DNA from: Azolla caroliniana
Lineage: Eukaryota; Plantae; Polypodiophyta
Length of the DNA stretch: 64,000 nt
Direction: 5' to 3'
Assembly: GCA_043228905.1 (NCBI GenBank)
Contig: JBHGNT010000006.1
Location: 6,386,001-6,450,000, forward strand
Positions 24,980 through 36,240 of this stretch are shown in pieces; position 1 is the first letter of the stretch, and every line of letters begins with the position of its first letter. A model generated the notes under the pieces. The model saw only the letters and a list, made by a program, of their open reading frames with translations. It did not search any database and was not told the DNA's origin. A program made the position numbers and the translations under genes.

Positions 24980-26833
24980 ACCCAAGCCTTAACTCTAGGG
25001 ACATACTTATGCCCAACTTGGCACACACCTCAAGCATTGTTGGTAATTTGACAGGAGTTGTAAATATAAGTACCACCTAGATAACTATAATTATACATGG
25101 GCCAAGTTCAACAAACATGTGTGTTTTTTATTTATTGTTAATAGTCATAGTATTATATTAGGAGTAAGGAACAAGTTGTATTTGGCCACTTAACGATCAT
25201 AAAGTAAAGTTATTATAAAGAGAATTGTAGGTTGTATGATTAAAATGGGGAGAGTAGGCTTGCTATTTCCTATAGTAATGCCCACCTTTTTAGTGTTTTT
25301 CTCCCTTTGCACGCGCCACATCATGACAAGAATTGTCTTCCCAACCATGCTTTCTCCACCAACACCGCCATAATTGACAAAGCGCTTACCAACCAACCAC
25401 ACCCTTGGTGAACCGTGGAACCATAATGACATTCCAAATCAACCATTTGGTTCTTTCCAACAATTATTCACTAGAGTGTGCACGATGAAACACTTGCATC
25501 ACTTGCAACATCATGGTCTTCGCTAGTTTACTTTTGAGTACATATTAATGGCCCATATAGTGTCCTTGACATGTTGGACATCGCATATTTTCCCTTGCAA
25601 CATAAATTATTGGTTCTTTTGTCCTCTTATTGTACTTTATTTTGCATTGTATATGGTACCATACTATTTGGTTTGTACATGTCAGTGGTTGGTGCTTGAA
25701 GTCTTGTTATTCAAATTTCAGTTATTATTACTCTTGCCTGCTTAAGAGAAAGACATATAGGCTTTGTGCAACCATGGAGTCCACTTGTAAATCTATTCAT
25801 GAGCTTTTCATTCAACATCTTACCTCCTACCTATGGTGTTGGTGTGAGCAAGTGCCAATAAACCTCACACTCGTGGTCAATGAAAATTTGATGTATTGAA
25901 TACAGTACATAGGTTATATTATGGTGTCAAAAAACCCATTACGTGAAAGGGAACTTTAGAATAGATTCTATTGTCACTTCACTTCTCAAGTTGAATTTAT
26001 ATTTGCTCACTTGAGAACATGTGAACTATTGCCCAGATTATGTCTAGCCCATTGTTGTTATCCCACTTCAATGCTTTGCATAATACAACTACATGCTTGA
26101 CTCTGATTCATGTTGTGCTTTGTCTTGCACCATCGTTTTTGCGAGTTAACAGAGAATGCACAAAGAGTTAATCAATACAAATAAACGTCAGAGAATGGAA
26201 ATACTATGTTATCACTAGAATAAGGGAGTGGAAGAACAATTGCAACCAAGAACTTGCTCAATGAATGTTGTAATTTATGTACTCCTCGAAAAGTAGATAC
26301 AAATGGAACTCATTAGCTTGCAACAAAGAACTAACACTAAAACTATTGGTAAGGTAATTGGTATGCATTGGGTTATTATCCTTGACGACTAATCATTCAC
26401 CACATTAATTCAACCAGGTGCAAGAGGGTAACAGGCACATGTTCATATCAACAAAAACAAACATGATCAATATTAAAATGGATTTTAGGGTTTCGAAGAT
26501 AGTGAGAATGCAAAGAGCTACACTATAGAGTTAGGTCGAGCATGATGTAATAAAAAAGATGGTGTCAATCCGGTAATAAACATTTGCGAAATGGCGAGGA
26601 TGTACGAGACATTGAGGATGTATGAGCCGAAGTTCCATGATGGTGCGTGGCCCTTGGCGACAAATGTTCGGTTTGATGTGGCACACGGGCGGGTCGGGAT
26701 CGAACTCGAGCCCTTCTAAGTTCTCATCCGTCACTCAAACTAGTCAGAATTCATTATGTAAATTTCCAAAACCCTGCCGAGAGAGAGAGAGAAGAAAGAA
26801 AGATATATTAACGTCTTCTAAGGCCAAATTTGG

Positions 26834-28978
26834 ATGGGATATTTGTTACCTGCAGGATCCATGGCTACAGGGTACATTTGCCATCAGCCCACATGCTTTG
26901 TTGCCGCCGCAGCGATCACTTCTGCTACCACTACTGCAGGAGGAGTGAATCCTAGATCACATGGTGCCTCCTCCTCCTCCTCCTCCTCCTCCTCACCAGC
27001 AGAACAATCACGTGCTCTCCTACAGTTGATAAAGTCATGTGGGAAGCAAAAGAACCTGCACAAAGCTCGAAGGATACATGCACAGGTTCTCCAGACGCAG
27101 GTATTGGATCCACATGATGCTTCCTGCAGTCTCATCCCCTTCTCTCTGCTTCGAATGTACTCTGAGTGTGGGGCTGTTACAGAAGCTCAGAAAGTATTTG
27201 ATCAGCTACTCCTTCCGATGAACAACTGCGACTCTGCTGCTGCTGCATGGAGCTTGCTCATTAAGATGTATGCCCAGCATGGCCATGGTGAGATAGCTTT
27301 GCAATGCTTCAAGAAGATGCAAAATGAGAATTTACGACCTGATGCATCCACGTTTGCATTTGCCCTCAAAGCTTGTCGTATCACAAGATCTCTCAATGTC
27401 GCTGAAGAGATTCACGTGGAGGTACACAAGCGTGGCTTATTGAAGAAAAATATTGTGCTTGGCACAGTGTTAATGGACATTTATGCCAAATGTGGTGTAA
27501 TTGGAAAAGCACGGGAAGTTTTTGAAGAGCTCCCTGTGAGAGACGTTGTATCTTGGAGTGTTCTGATTACGGGGTATGCTCAATGTGGTCTCAATGATGA
27601 AGCGCTGAAGTGCTTCCAGACAATGCAAGACGAGGGCATTTCTCCGGATGCGATAACATTTGCATGCATTCTTAAAGCGTGCAGTAGTATAGGGTATATT
27701 CACATAGGAGAGGAGATACATTGTGAGATCAGGAAGCAAGGTTTATTAAAGAAAAACACCATCCTCAGCACAACATTAGCAGACATGTACATGAAGTGTG
27801 GCATGCTGGGAAAAGCACAAGAAGTTTTTGATGAGCTTCTCATACGAGATGTGGTGTCTTGGAGTGCTATGATGGCTGGTTATAGCGAGCATGATCGTGC
27901 TGAGGAAGCTCTGGTATGTTTCCAACGTATGCAGAATGAGGGCATCCTACCTGATGCATTCAGCTTTGCATGCATTTTGCAAGCTTGCAGCAGGATAGGA
28001 TATATTGACGTAGGAAAACGGATACATGCTGAGGTAAGGATGGTGGGGTTGCTAAAGAAGAACTCAGTGCTTGGCACAACATTAGTGGATATGTATGCCA
28101 AGTGTGGTTGTCTAGGGAAAGCACAGGAAGCATTTGATGAGCTTCAGACACAGGATGTGGTATCTTGGAGTGCACTCATGAATGCTTATATTCAACATGG
28201 CTTTTCCGAGGAAGCTCTAAACTGCTTTCGGAAGATGCGAAAAGAGGGTATCGTCCCGAATGTCATCACATTCACTAGTGCTCTGAAAGCCTGCGGCAAT
28301 ATAGGATCCCTTGAAGTAGGAGAAGAGATACACAACAAGATAAGGGAGCAGAGTTTACTTGAAACAGAAGTAATGCTCGGCATCACATTGATGGACATGT
28401 ATGCGAAGTGTGGTGTGCTAACGAAAGCTCGACAAGTGTTCGAAAAGATTCCTGTACAGGATGTTGTGTCTTGGAATGCCCTCTTGGCTGGGCATACTCA
28501 ACTAGGACATGCAACACATGTATTGATGTTATTCAGTGAAATGGTATCAGAGGGTATTATGCCTGATTTGGTCACTTTTGTTTCCCTGCTAGCTGCATGC
28601 AGTCATGCTGGGCTACTCGAAGAAGGGACAAAGGTCTTTGCTTGTATGTCTAGCGTCTACAATATCCTTCCAACTTTAGAACACTACACATGCCTGGTTG
28701 ATCTTTTCAGTCGAGCAGGACACTTGGATAAATCTGTAGTTCTATGTGAAAGCTTGTCATCATCTGAGAGGCTTCCACTGTTGCTTTCAGTCTTGAGTGC
28801 TTGTCAGAAATGGATGAATGTGGATCTTGGGAGGTGGGCCTTTGAACAATGTTTGCAGCTGGACAGAACATGTGCTGCTGCATATGTGTTCATGGGAAAT
28901 ATATATATAGCTGCCGACATGCATGGGGAAGCTGACCGGATAAATTGTCTGAGGGTGTCAAATAAAGAAATCATATGA
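26834..28978 (+). CDS. PLS-class pentatricopeptide-repeat protein, E subgroup (no DYW); organellar RNA-editing specificity factor, 714 aa
   Basis: Ser/Thr/Ala-rich N-terminal targeting-like peptide, then L-S-(P-L-S)x4-P2-L2-S2-E1-E2 (e.g. VVSWSVLITGYAQCG, AITFACILKAC, LGTTLVDMYAKCG, TFVSLLAACSHAG, EHYTCLVDLFSRAG, AAYVFMGNIY). Stop right after E2; intronless CDS. Confidence 0.95.
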   Translation: MGYLLPAGSMATGYICHQPTCFVAAAAITSATTTAGGVNPRSHGASSSSSSSSSPAEQSRALLQLIKSCGKQKNLHKARRIHAQVLQTQVLDPHDASCSLIPFSLLRMYSECGAVTEAQKVFDQLLLPMNNCDSAAAAWSLLIKMYAQHGHGEIALQCFKKMQNENLRPDASTFAFALKACRITRSLNVAEEIHVEVHKRGLLKKNIVLGTVLMDIYAKCGVIGKAREVFEELPVRDVVSWSVLITGYAQCGLNDEALKCFQTMQDEGISPDAITFACILKACSSIGYIHIGEEIHCEIRKQGLLKKNTILSTTLADMYMKCGMLGKAQEVFDELLIRDVVSWSAMMAGYSEHDRAEEALVCFQRMQNEGILPDAFSFACILQACSRIGYIDVGKRIHAEVRMVGLLKKNSVLGTTLVDMYAKCGCLGKAQEAFDELQTQDVVSWSALMNAYIQHGFSEEALNCFRKMRKEGIVPNVITFTSALKACGNIGSLEVGEEIHNKIREQSLLETEVMLGITLMDMYAKCGVLTKARQVFEKIPVQDVVSWNALLAGHTQLGHATHVLMLFSEMVSEGIMPDLVTFVSLLAACSHAGLLEEGTKVFACMSSVYNILPTLEHYTCLVDLFSRAGHLDKSVVLCESLSSSERLPLLLSVLSACQKWMNVDLGRWAFEQCLQLDRTCAAAYVFMGNIYIAADMHGEADRINCLRVSNKEII

Positions 28979-29555
28979 GATTCTCTGTGAGATTGAGTTG
29001 TGAATCCATATAGAAGCTTCTTAGTTCATTGGGTTCTCATTTTGAACTTGCACCGCTAGATCTGTTTACAAAATACGGAGTTTGTTACACATAAGGTAAA
29101 GTAAAATATTTAACTAATTGTGATAACTTTATTTCCTAAAGATTTCTTTCTGGATTGGAAATGAAATATTGCATTTCTGTTTGTTTGGATGTGCATGGCA
29201 ATTTATTTTTATTTCAGTTTACTTTTCTTTGATTGTTCTTACTTTTTATTGTCCTTTTTCCAGGAATTGTATGGTTGACATATTTGTTCTGTCTTTAAAT
29301 GCTACCCTGAAGCTGAATGCGGAACCTATATAGTCCAAGCTTTACAACGAAACATTGCATCTGGACAAAATAGTTGAGGAAATTTGCTATGGACATGACT
29401 CTAAAAAGCACTCCTTGGGCGCCCATGTCAGGTACAAATTATGGTATCAATACAAGCTCTTTTCTTAATAATTTGTAAACCTATACAACTTCTCTTTACA
29501 CCCTACTTTGGTATAGTTTTTCTTTCTTTACTTTCATTAATTTCCCCTGTTGGTA

Positions 29556-29751
29556 GTCAAAGGACCAACTCTATCACAAAATTGTGATCTATCATTGTAC
29601 ACAGTGCCAATGAAGCTTCTTATTGCATTATAGTTTGTTCATCTATCTCCTGTCTTGATTTCAACTTTTAGTTGTCAAATGACCAACTCTACTTCACAAA
29701 GCTGTCATGTATCATTGTATACGGTGCCAGTGAAGCTTCTTATTACATTAT
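29556..29751. repeat. Degenerate direct repeat (~76 bp x2)
   Basis: GTCAAA.GACCAACTCTA...GTGCCA.TGAAGCTTCTTATT.CATTATA at ~29556-29631 and ~29674-29751. Confidence 0.75.
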
Positions 29752-29953
29752 ACTTTATGCATTCAGAAAACTCTTGAAACATTACAAGTATCATGTACCT
29801 TTCACCTTTCTCTTGAACATCTATAAATATTCTAAGACCTTGTCTGTATTTTCTTTGAGACAATTATAGAAGGCCCCTACACCAATTATGTATAAATTCT
29901 TGTGCGCCAAATATGCTTGGCTTCTTCAAGTTGGTGGAAAATGTTTCATGCAA

Positions 29954-30224
29954 CATCACCCTCAAAGTATAAACCTCATGATCGATGAGGTTGTCATATT
30001 TGATAACAATCCAGGGTTGCAGTTGCAATGTAAAATAAAAAATTGACATGAGTATCTCATGGATGTGTAAAACAGAATTCATGGTTATAAATCAAATATG
30101 GGAACAGTATACATATTCATGGTTATAAATTGTCATGGATGTATCATGATTGTGGCAAGGGTGAATCATAGATATTCATATATGGTAAATTCCTTGTCAT
30201 GAGGTTTATGCATTGAGGGTGATG
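29954..30224. repeat. Inverted repeat (28-bp arms, 26/28 identity), possible old MITE or fold-back
   Basis: CATCACCCTCAAAGTATAAACCTCATGA (29954-29981) versus TCATGAGGTTTATGCATTGAGGGTGATG (30197-30224). Confidence 0.7.
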
Positions 30225-31324
30225 ATGTTCATGAAGAAGGACCTATATATAATTAGATCAAACATCCTTACCAAGAATAGCCTTACTACCTTAAGTAGTC
30301 ATTTTGCCGTAAAGGTTCAATGGTTTAGAATGTACTTGGAATATGGATCCTAAATTTAAGGAGATAAGCAAATGCACGCCTCCCATGGTGTCCCTAGCTT
30401 TTTATATAGACTTCTTGATAAGGTCATGAAAGAGGGACGACATTCTTGAGCTATTCTGTTTATCTTAATTAAATGAGTTGGCCTCTTATCAACTAAGTAA
30501 TTAATTGGTTGTGTATTTATGAGCCATTTTGTTGCTTATAACACTTGCCTTATTTGAATCACGTCAGTCTCGGCTTTGTACTAATACTACAACTTGCTTT
30601 AGTTGTCTAGCCATCACGACTGGCAATGTACATCATAATCCATGGCAACTGCAATGAGCTGTTCATAGCCATCACAATCAGTCACCTATACCATTATACG
30701 TGGCAATCGCAATGAGTTGCTCAGTCCACAATATATGAATGTAATGCATGTCATATGATCATGGTAATTCAACATCAGCCTCTGGCAAGTATTGACTTTA
30801 TGCCAATTCATGAACACAAATGCAATATGAAGTAACCCAAAACCCAATCAATAGATGGAGCTTTAGTGCAACTTTATATGCCCACTATCAAGGGCCCAAG
30901 CACAAGACCAATTGAATTAGAAATGGAAACTAAAAAGAAGTAATTTTATTCTAAACAAGATGAACCAAATTATTGCAAAGATTTGAATTGAACCAAAATG
31001 GTTTGACAAACTTATCACCCTAGACCTATGCATGATTGCCATAAGCATCAATGCATACTTACCACATAGTGTCGATGTATGCTTGCCACTTGGTTATCTT
31101 GCATGTTCCAAACTTGGCTATCTTGTGTAATTATGTTTCCGTGTTTTTTCTCAAGGTCAACACCAGTTATTCAGTGTACTTGGTTCTTGCTTTATCTAAT
31201 TCTAGTCACATCTCTTCACTACTCATACGTCTCATTTTGTATCTTTTTGTGTCTTTTTTATCCTTTCCTGAATCCCTGATCTTGCTGTATGTTGTCTAAC
31301 AACCATAACAATTTGACCTTGAAT

Positions 31325-31555
31325 ATGGCGTACCTTAATCAAATTATGGCGGTTCTTCATCACTTACAATTGGAAAATGCTATGCTTCGTGAATCCTTGC
31401 ATGAGCTTCACTCTTCCTCCATAGCTTGGTGGAGCCTCTCTTTATGGAGCTAAGAGTTAGCTTACTCGAGAAATTCAATGGCAATTGGGATTGTCATATA
31501 TGGGGATTGATCAACCAAGTCCAACTCATCATCTGTCTCCAACTCCAACGATAAT
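31325..31555 (+). mobile_element. Ty3/gypsy (chromovirus-type) gag N-terminal relic
   Basis: MAYLNQIMAVLHHLQLENAMLRESL..ELRVSLLEKFNGN..GLINQVQLII resembles the coiled-coil plus 'EP.ISLPEKFDG..RGFLNQ..L' start of chromoviral gag. Confidence 0.55.
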
Positions 31556-32152
31556 AATTTCAAGCTGTGAGTGGGTCTTGTCAATGTAGTCTCACTAAGA
31601 GGGGCGATGCGGGTTTGGTTGAATTGAGTTTCCCCAAAGTGGCCAACATGACTCATGCTTTGATGTGTTGCACTATCAAGGGTCACTACCAAGTCCAAAG
31701 GGGTCGTCTTCCGTACTGTGGGTTAACTGAAGGATTAAAAACTTCACGTCTTAATGGCTGCAAAGACCACGTCATACTTCAACACATAAAAGTACTTACC
31801 CCTAGACTCCATGCAATGAATTGAGTTTCCCCAAAGTGACAACCACCGTACAAAAGGCATGTTTTTTGCACTTCTGAGGGTCAATCTCAAGTTTGGAGGG
31901 GTCTCCTTCCTGTCTCCTTCCTAACTACAGTAGCATGATTGAAGAACAATGGAGACGTTACTCCCCAATAACAAAGACTGCATTATTAAATCACTTACTC
32001 TCAACTCCATGCAATTGTGGAAGCCTCAAACTTTTCTTAAGTTAAAACTAACATTAACACACCTAATCACTATATCAATTAAGGGATATGTTGCCTTTAT
32101 TAAATGTATAGTAAAACATACAATGTTATTAATAAATCAGATAATGCTAAAT

Positions 32153-32248
32153 AAAAAACATGTATATCTTAATTAATTAGTTTGAAAAAACATGTATATC
32201 TTAATTAATTAGTTTGAAAAAACATGTATATCTTAATTAATTAGTTTC
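32153..32248. repeat. 32-bp tandem repeat x3
   Basis: AAAAAACATGTATATCTTAATTAATTAGTTTG repeated three times. Confidence 0.9.
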
Positions 32249-32473
32249 GAAAAGTGGTTCTTTGTGGGTGCAAAAGGTAGAGAATGAGGACAAGAAGGTA
32301 ATCCTAGAGTTTGGAAACTGTAGACCATTTTTACATGAGAGCTCTTGCCATTTTATACAAATTGGAAACCGTAAAGGGTTCCTTTCACATTATAAGCCCA
32401 TTGGGCATTGGCCATTGCCACATAGTAAAGGGTAGTTCTTCACAAATTATAATATGTCCATGTTTCTTGTATA

Positions 32474-32914
32474 TGTTGGGCTGGCTATGGGCCTTGGTTG
32501 GACTCAACCAAACTAAATTGTTACAAAGTCATGGTTGAACGGTTTACTGGTTCGAATATAATGAAGCAGTTTGGTTTGGTTCTAAAATTGGGGGTTATCA
32601 GTTTATTGATTTAAGTGGCTCAGTTTAATGATTTATTGGTTTTTTGTTTACCTTTTTTGTTTCTGTAATTGTTTAATGGTTTAGTTAGTGGTGTTTTTTG
32701 TTTAATTAATTTAATTTTTGAATTTAGTAGTTGTTTTATTTAATGGATTTTTTGGTTTAATTATTTAATTAATTTGACTTAAATTTCATCTTTTCTTTAA
32801 ATGGCTTGGTAGTTCTTAAACGGGCTGGTTTGGGTTTCTTTTTGCATGAATGGTTCAGTTGGGTTTCATTGGCTTTAAAGCTGAACTGAACTTAGCCCAG
32901 TATCTACTTGGCCT
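32474..32914 (-). mobile_element. MITE-like element, copy B (inverted relative to copy A at 24.4-25.0 kb)
   Basis: AAAGTCATGGTTGAACGGTTTACTGGTTCGAATA..AGTTTGGTT matches the reverse complement of copy A; T-rich GGTTT-motif interior. Boundaries approximate. Confidence 0.55.
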
Positions 32915-34038
32915 ATGACCAATATTCTAGATTGGAAATATTAAGCCTCATAGGGTGGTTAGGATGAAAGAATGTGACATTATTTCCCTTAACATCCCCC
33001 CACACCTATTTGGGTACTCTATCCACAAAGAACATCCACAAACTCTGGTAGTTGAATCTCAAAATTTTGCAAGATGCCACGTTAACATCTTTTTTCATGT
33101 TACATTTGTAGAGAGGTTGTTGAGATTCAATAATATTGACGAATTAGGAAACTTAGAAGTGCTTTTATCATGAGAATAAATATCTGTTTGAAAAATTTAC
33201 GGCTATGTCCTGGACCTCCTCCATACAAACATAAATGATTTAATTGACATCATAATTGCTTTTCGAGATTGTCAAGAATGCAAAGTGCATTTTACTTGGA
33301 AAAGGATTGAGCCTTCCACCCAAAGATAAAACACATACAAGATCAACATCACTTTGTTGATCATGAGAAGGTCCAAGAAGGATGTGTGACCATACTAAGC
33401 GCAACCATGGCTGATATGTAAAGAAAGTTGTTAAATAAATGCTAGTTTATATGATGTAGATCTAACCTAGCAAAAAATGAAAGCAATATGAAGATCACAA
33501 ATGTAGAAACATACAATGATCTGATGTCAAACGGGACCTATGTGGTGATGCCACTTGTGAACTTGCACAATACAATGAATTGGATTTGTGAATAGAGGAG
33601 TTGTACAAGAGAGAGGTATGTCGTGGGGAGTAATTTCTCATTGGCATAGTCGCAATTGGGATGGCCACATCATCATATATAATAGGCATCATTGTGTAGA
33701 TATGTATGTGTGTATGTTGTATGTATGTTGTATGTATGTATGGAGGCTGCCCACATTATCATAAAGATGCATGCGTGTATATTGAATGTATGTATGGAGG
33801 CTGCTCCATCAAATATCTGTACACTTTATTCTATGAATCGAACATTCTGAGAGCATTATAATTATATAATCTAGAATGATGTGCCAATCGTAGCCCAATG
33901 TGCTGACGTGAGTGGGAGTGGATTCAGTGGAAGTGGAATAATACCCTGCTGCTTTAACAGAGCATTACATCCATGAATGACCTAATTGCTTATAAACAGA
34001 GAAGACGAAAAGAAATGAGAATGAGAAGTTTCATTCAT

Positions 34039-34069
<31 letters not shown>

Positions 34070-34072
<3 letters not shown>

Positions 34073-34563
34073 TCTCATCATCACCACCACAACCACCATC
34101 ATCATGACCAATATATGGGATATGGAGGAGGTTATGAAATGCCGTATAATCAGTATCAGCAGGGCCATGGCCATTACCCCCCGCAACAACAATTATATGT
34201 GCCACCAATTGCCGTCCATAACCACGGTCATTCGCATGAATACGCGCTGCCACCGCCCCCCCCTTGCGTTGGTGTAAGTCCTACCCTAGTAGGAGTAGCA
34301 GCAGCAGCAGTATTTCATTTTAATTTTCTTTCTTCTCTGTCTATTTTTTTTGCATTCAAAACTGTCTTCATTTATATGCAAAAGCATGGCTGGCTGGCTG
34401 GCTAGCTCTTAACAAATCACTGAATCTTACTTGTTTTCCTTTGTAATGTAATGGATACATATAGGCGGAGCCCTTTGGCTATGTTCAGCATGGTGGTGGT
34501 TCTTACTACGGCCCGCCTCCGCCTCCTCCTCCTTGTTATAGTCCCTACCACCACCAATACTAA
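34070..34563 (+). CDS. Small 100-aa His/Tyr/Gly/Pro/Gln-rich protein, 2 exons
   Basis: Exon 1 34070-34273 (donor GTAAGT), exon 2 34465-34563 (acceptor TAG; AEPFGYVQHGGGSYYGPPPPPPPCYSPYHHQY*). The phase-0 join keeps the same composition; TATAAA at 33991 and a (GA)n leader precede it. Confidence 0.8.
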
Positions 34564-36010
34564 CTAATTATAATGGGCGAAGTTTATATCTACCACAATC
34601 CGGCATCTAGGCCTAAATAACACCTCTTATACACCGCTGCCTCCTTAGCGGTCACCGTCGGCCCTCACTCTGTAACACTATATATGTGTTTGTTTATGTA
34701 TCCATCTATGGGAGACCATATGTTATTTTATCGCAAGCATGCTTCTCCTTGTTAAATGGTGGCTATATTGTGAAATGCACATAAGAGATCAAAACCAACC
34801 TAGTTAGCTTCTTACTTCTTACTCAATTTATAGTTGATACAAAGGTACCCATTTGGGTTGGCTTAGCTAAAAAGGGTGTGCTAAAAGGGTGGCACAAAGG
34901 CACACATACACACCACAATATATTAGAGCAAAAAAACAAGTTTGTGTAGCCATATGTAGCATGTGATCTTGTACACCCCCCTGGGATAGCTCTTATGAAT
35001 ATATTCAGGGGAATTTATGGTTGCATGAGTTTGACATAGGATCCACTAGGAATTTATGGTTGCATGAGTTAGGGTGAAAATCGACGAGCATGCTTAATAA
35101 GCACATCGAAACAACATCAATCAGAGAGTTGGGTGCTTGCAAGAAGGATCTAATCTATGAAGAAGGTTGTACATTCATAGGTGAAAATGACAATTGAATT
35201 GGGTTTATACGTCTTGAGATGGTTCTATGATAAGAAAATAATCAATGGACGTTTACACCTTAACCTTTCTTGGGAAACAAATCACGATAGTATGATCATT
35301 AGTGTTGAGTTGACTAATGACTCACAGGGAAGGCAATACATAAACAAACAATCATTCATGTAATTAGACTCATGTATGAGAGCATTGAGGTCAAGAAATT
35401 GCGGTTTTGGGATATTTTATCATCTTCCTCGGGGGGAGATAATAAACTGCGCAGAGTTTTTTCTAGATATTGAAGAATTTTAATAATGAGCATTGTAATT
35501 GAGAGTGCATGTTTTGAGTCAAAGAGAAATGTGTGTAGGGGTAGGTCCTCGATGAAAATGTGGGGAAGGTAAACCTCGAATATGATCAAAAGTAGAATAT
35601 TCGTAAAGGCTATTTTGACTAGATTGCAAATAGCTTTAGACATTAAATCAATTGTGTTGTCATAGGTTGGACTTTTTTAGGATGTGTGAATACAAATTGT
35701 CATTTCAATGTCAAGTTTCTCTCCTCCATATTCTCTTAGTTTTTTACACACTAAAATTAATTCTTCGAGGTTATGAAAATTGTTGAACTATTGATTTGAT
35801 CATTCTCCATGATGTAATGCAAGAATTGAACAGTCCTCCCTCCCACCAATACTACACTGTGAACTTCGTATCAAAATTGGAAACTCCTCTACATATGCTA
35901 CTGACAATCAAAATTGCATGTCCAACAATTGAACTTTGTTATTGTGTTAGTTCAAATTCACATGTTGCTTTGTATTACCTTCCTAGACTACATATACAAC
36001 AATGTTAGCG

Positions 36011-36240
36011 TTGCCTCTCCTTATGAGAATGTATCCTCTTCAATCTTTCTACTAAGGAAAATGTTTTCTCTAATTCATTTACTGGCTACTTAGTGCTTAA
36101 CATATAAAGATGATATCATATAGTTGAATTATTTATTAGCTTCAATGAAATATTAAATTATGTGTGATTCCTAGTATACACTCTTAACATTGCCTCTCCT
36201 TATGAGAATGTATCCTTTTCAATCTTTCTACTAAGGAAAA
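36011..36240. repeat. 51-bp direct repeat, 2 copies 179 bp apart
   Basis: TTGCCTCTCCTTATGAGAATGTATCCT.TTCAATCTTTCTACTAAGGAAAA at 36011-36061 and 36190-36240. Confidence 0.85.

Noticed and set aside
28900-30300. Possible downstream DYW or DYW:KP deaminase exon for the PPR gene
   Set aside because: No PG box, HxE(x)nCxxC or DYW-like terminus found by eye in the downstream sequence.
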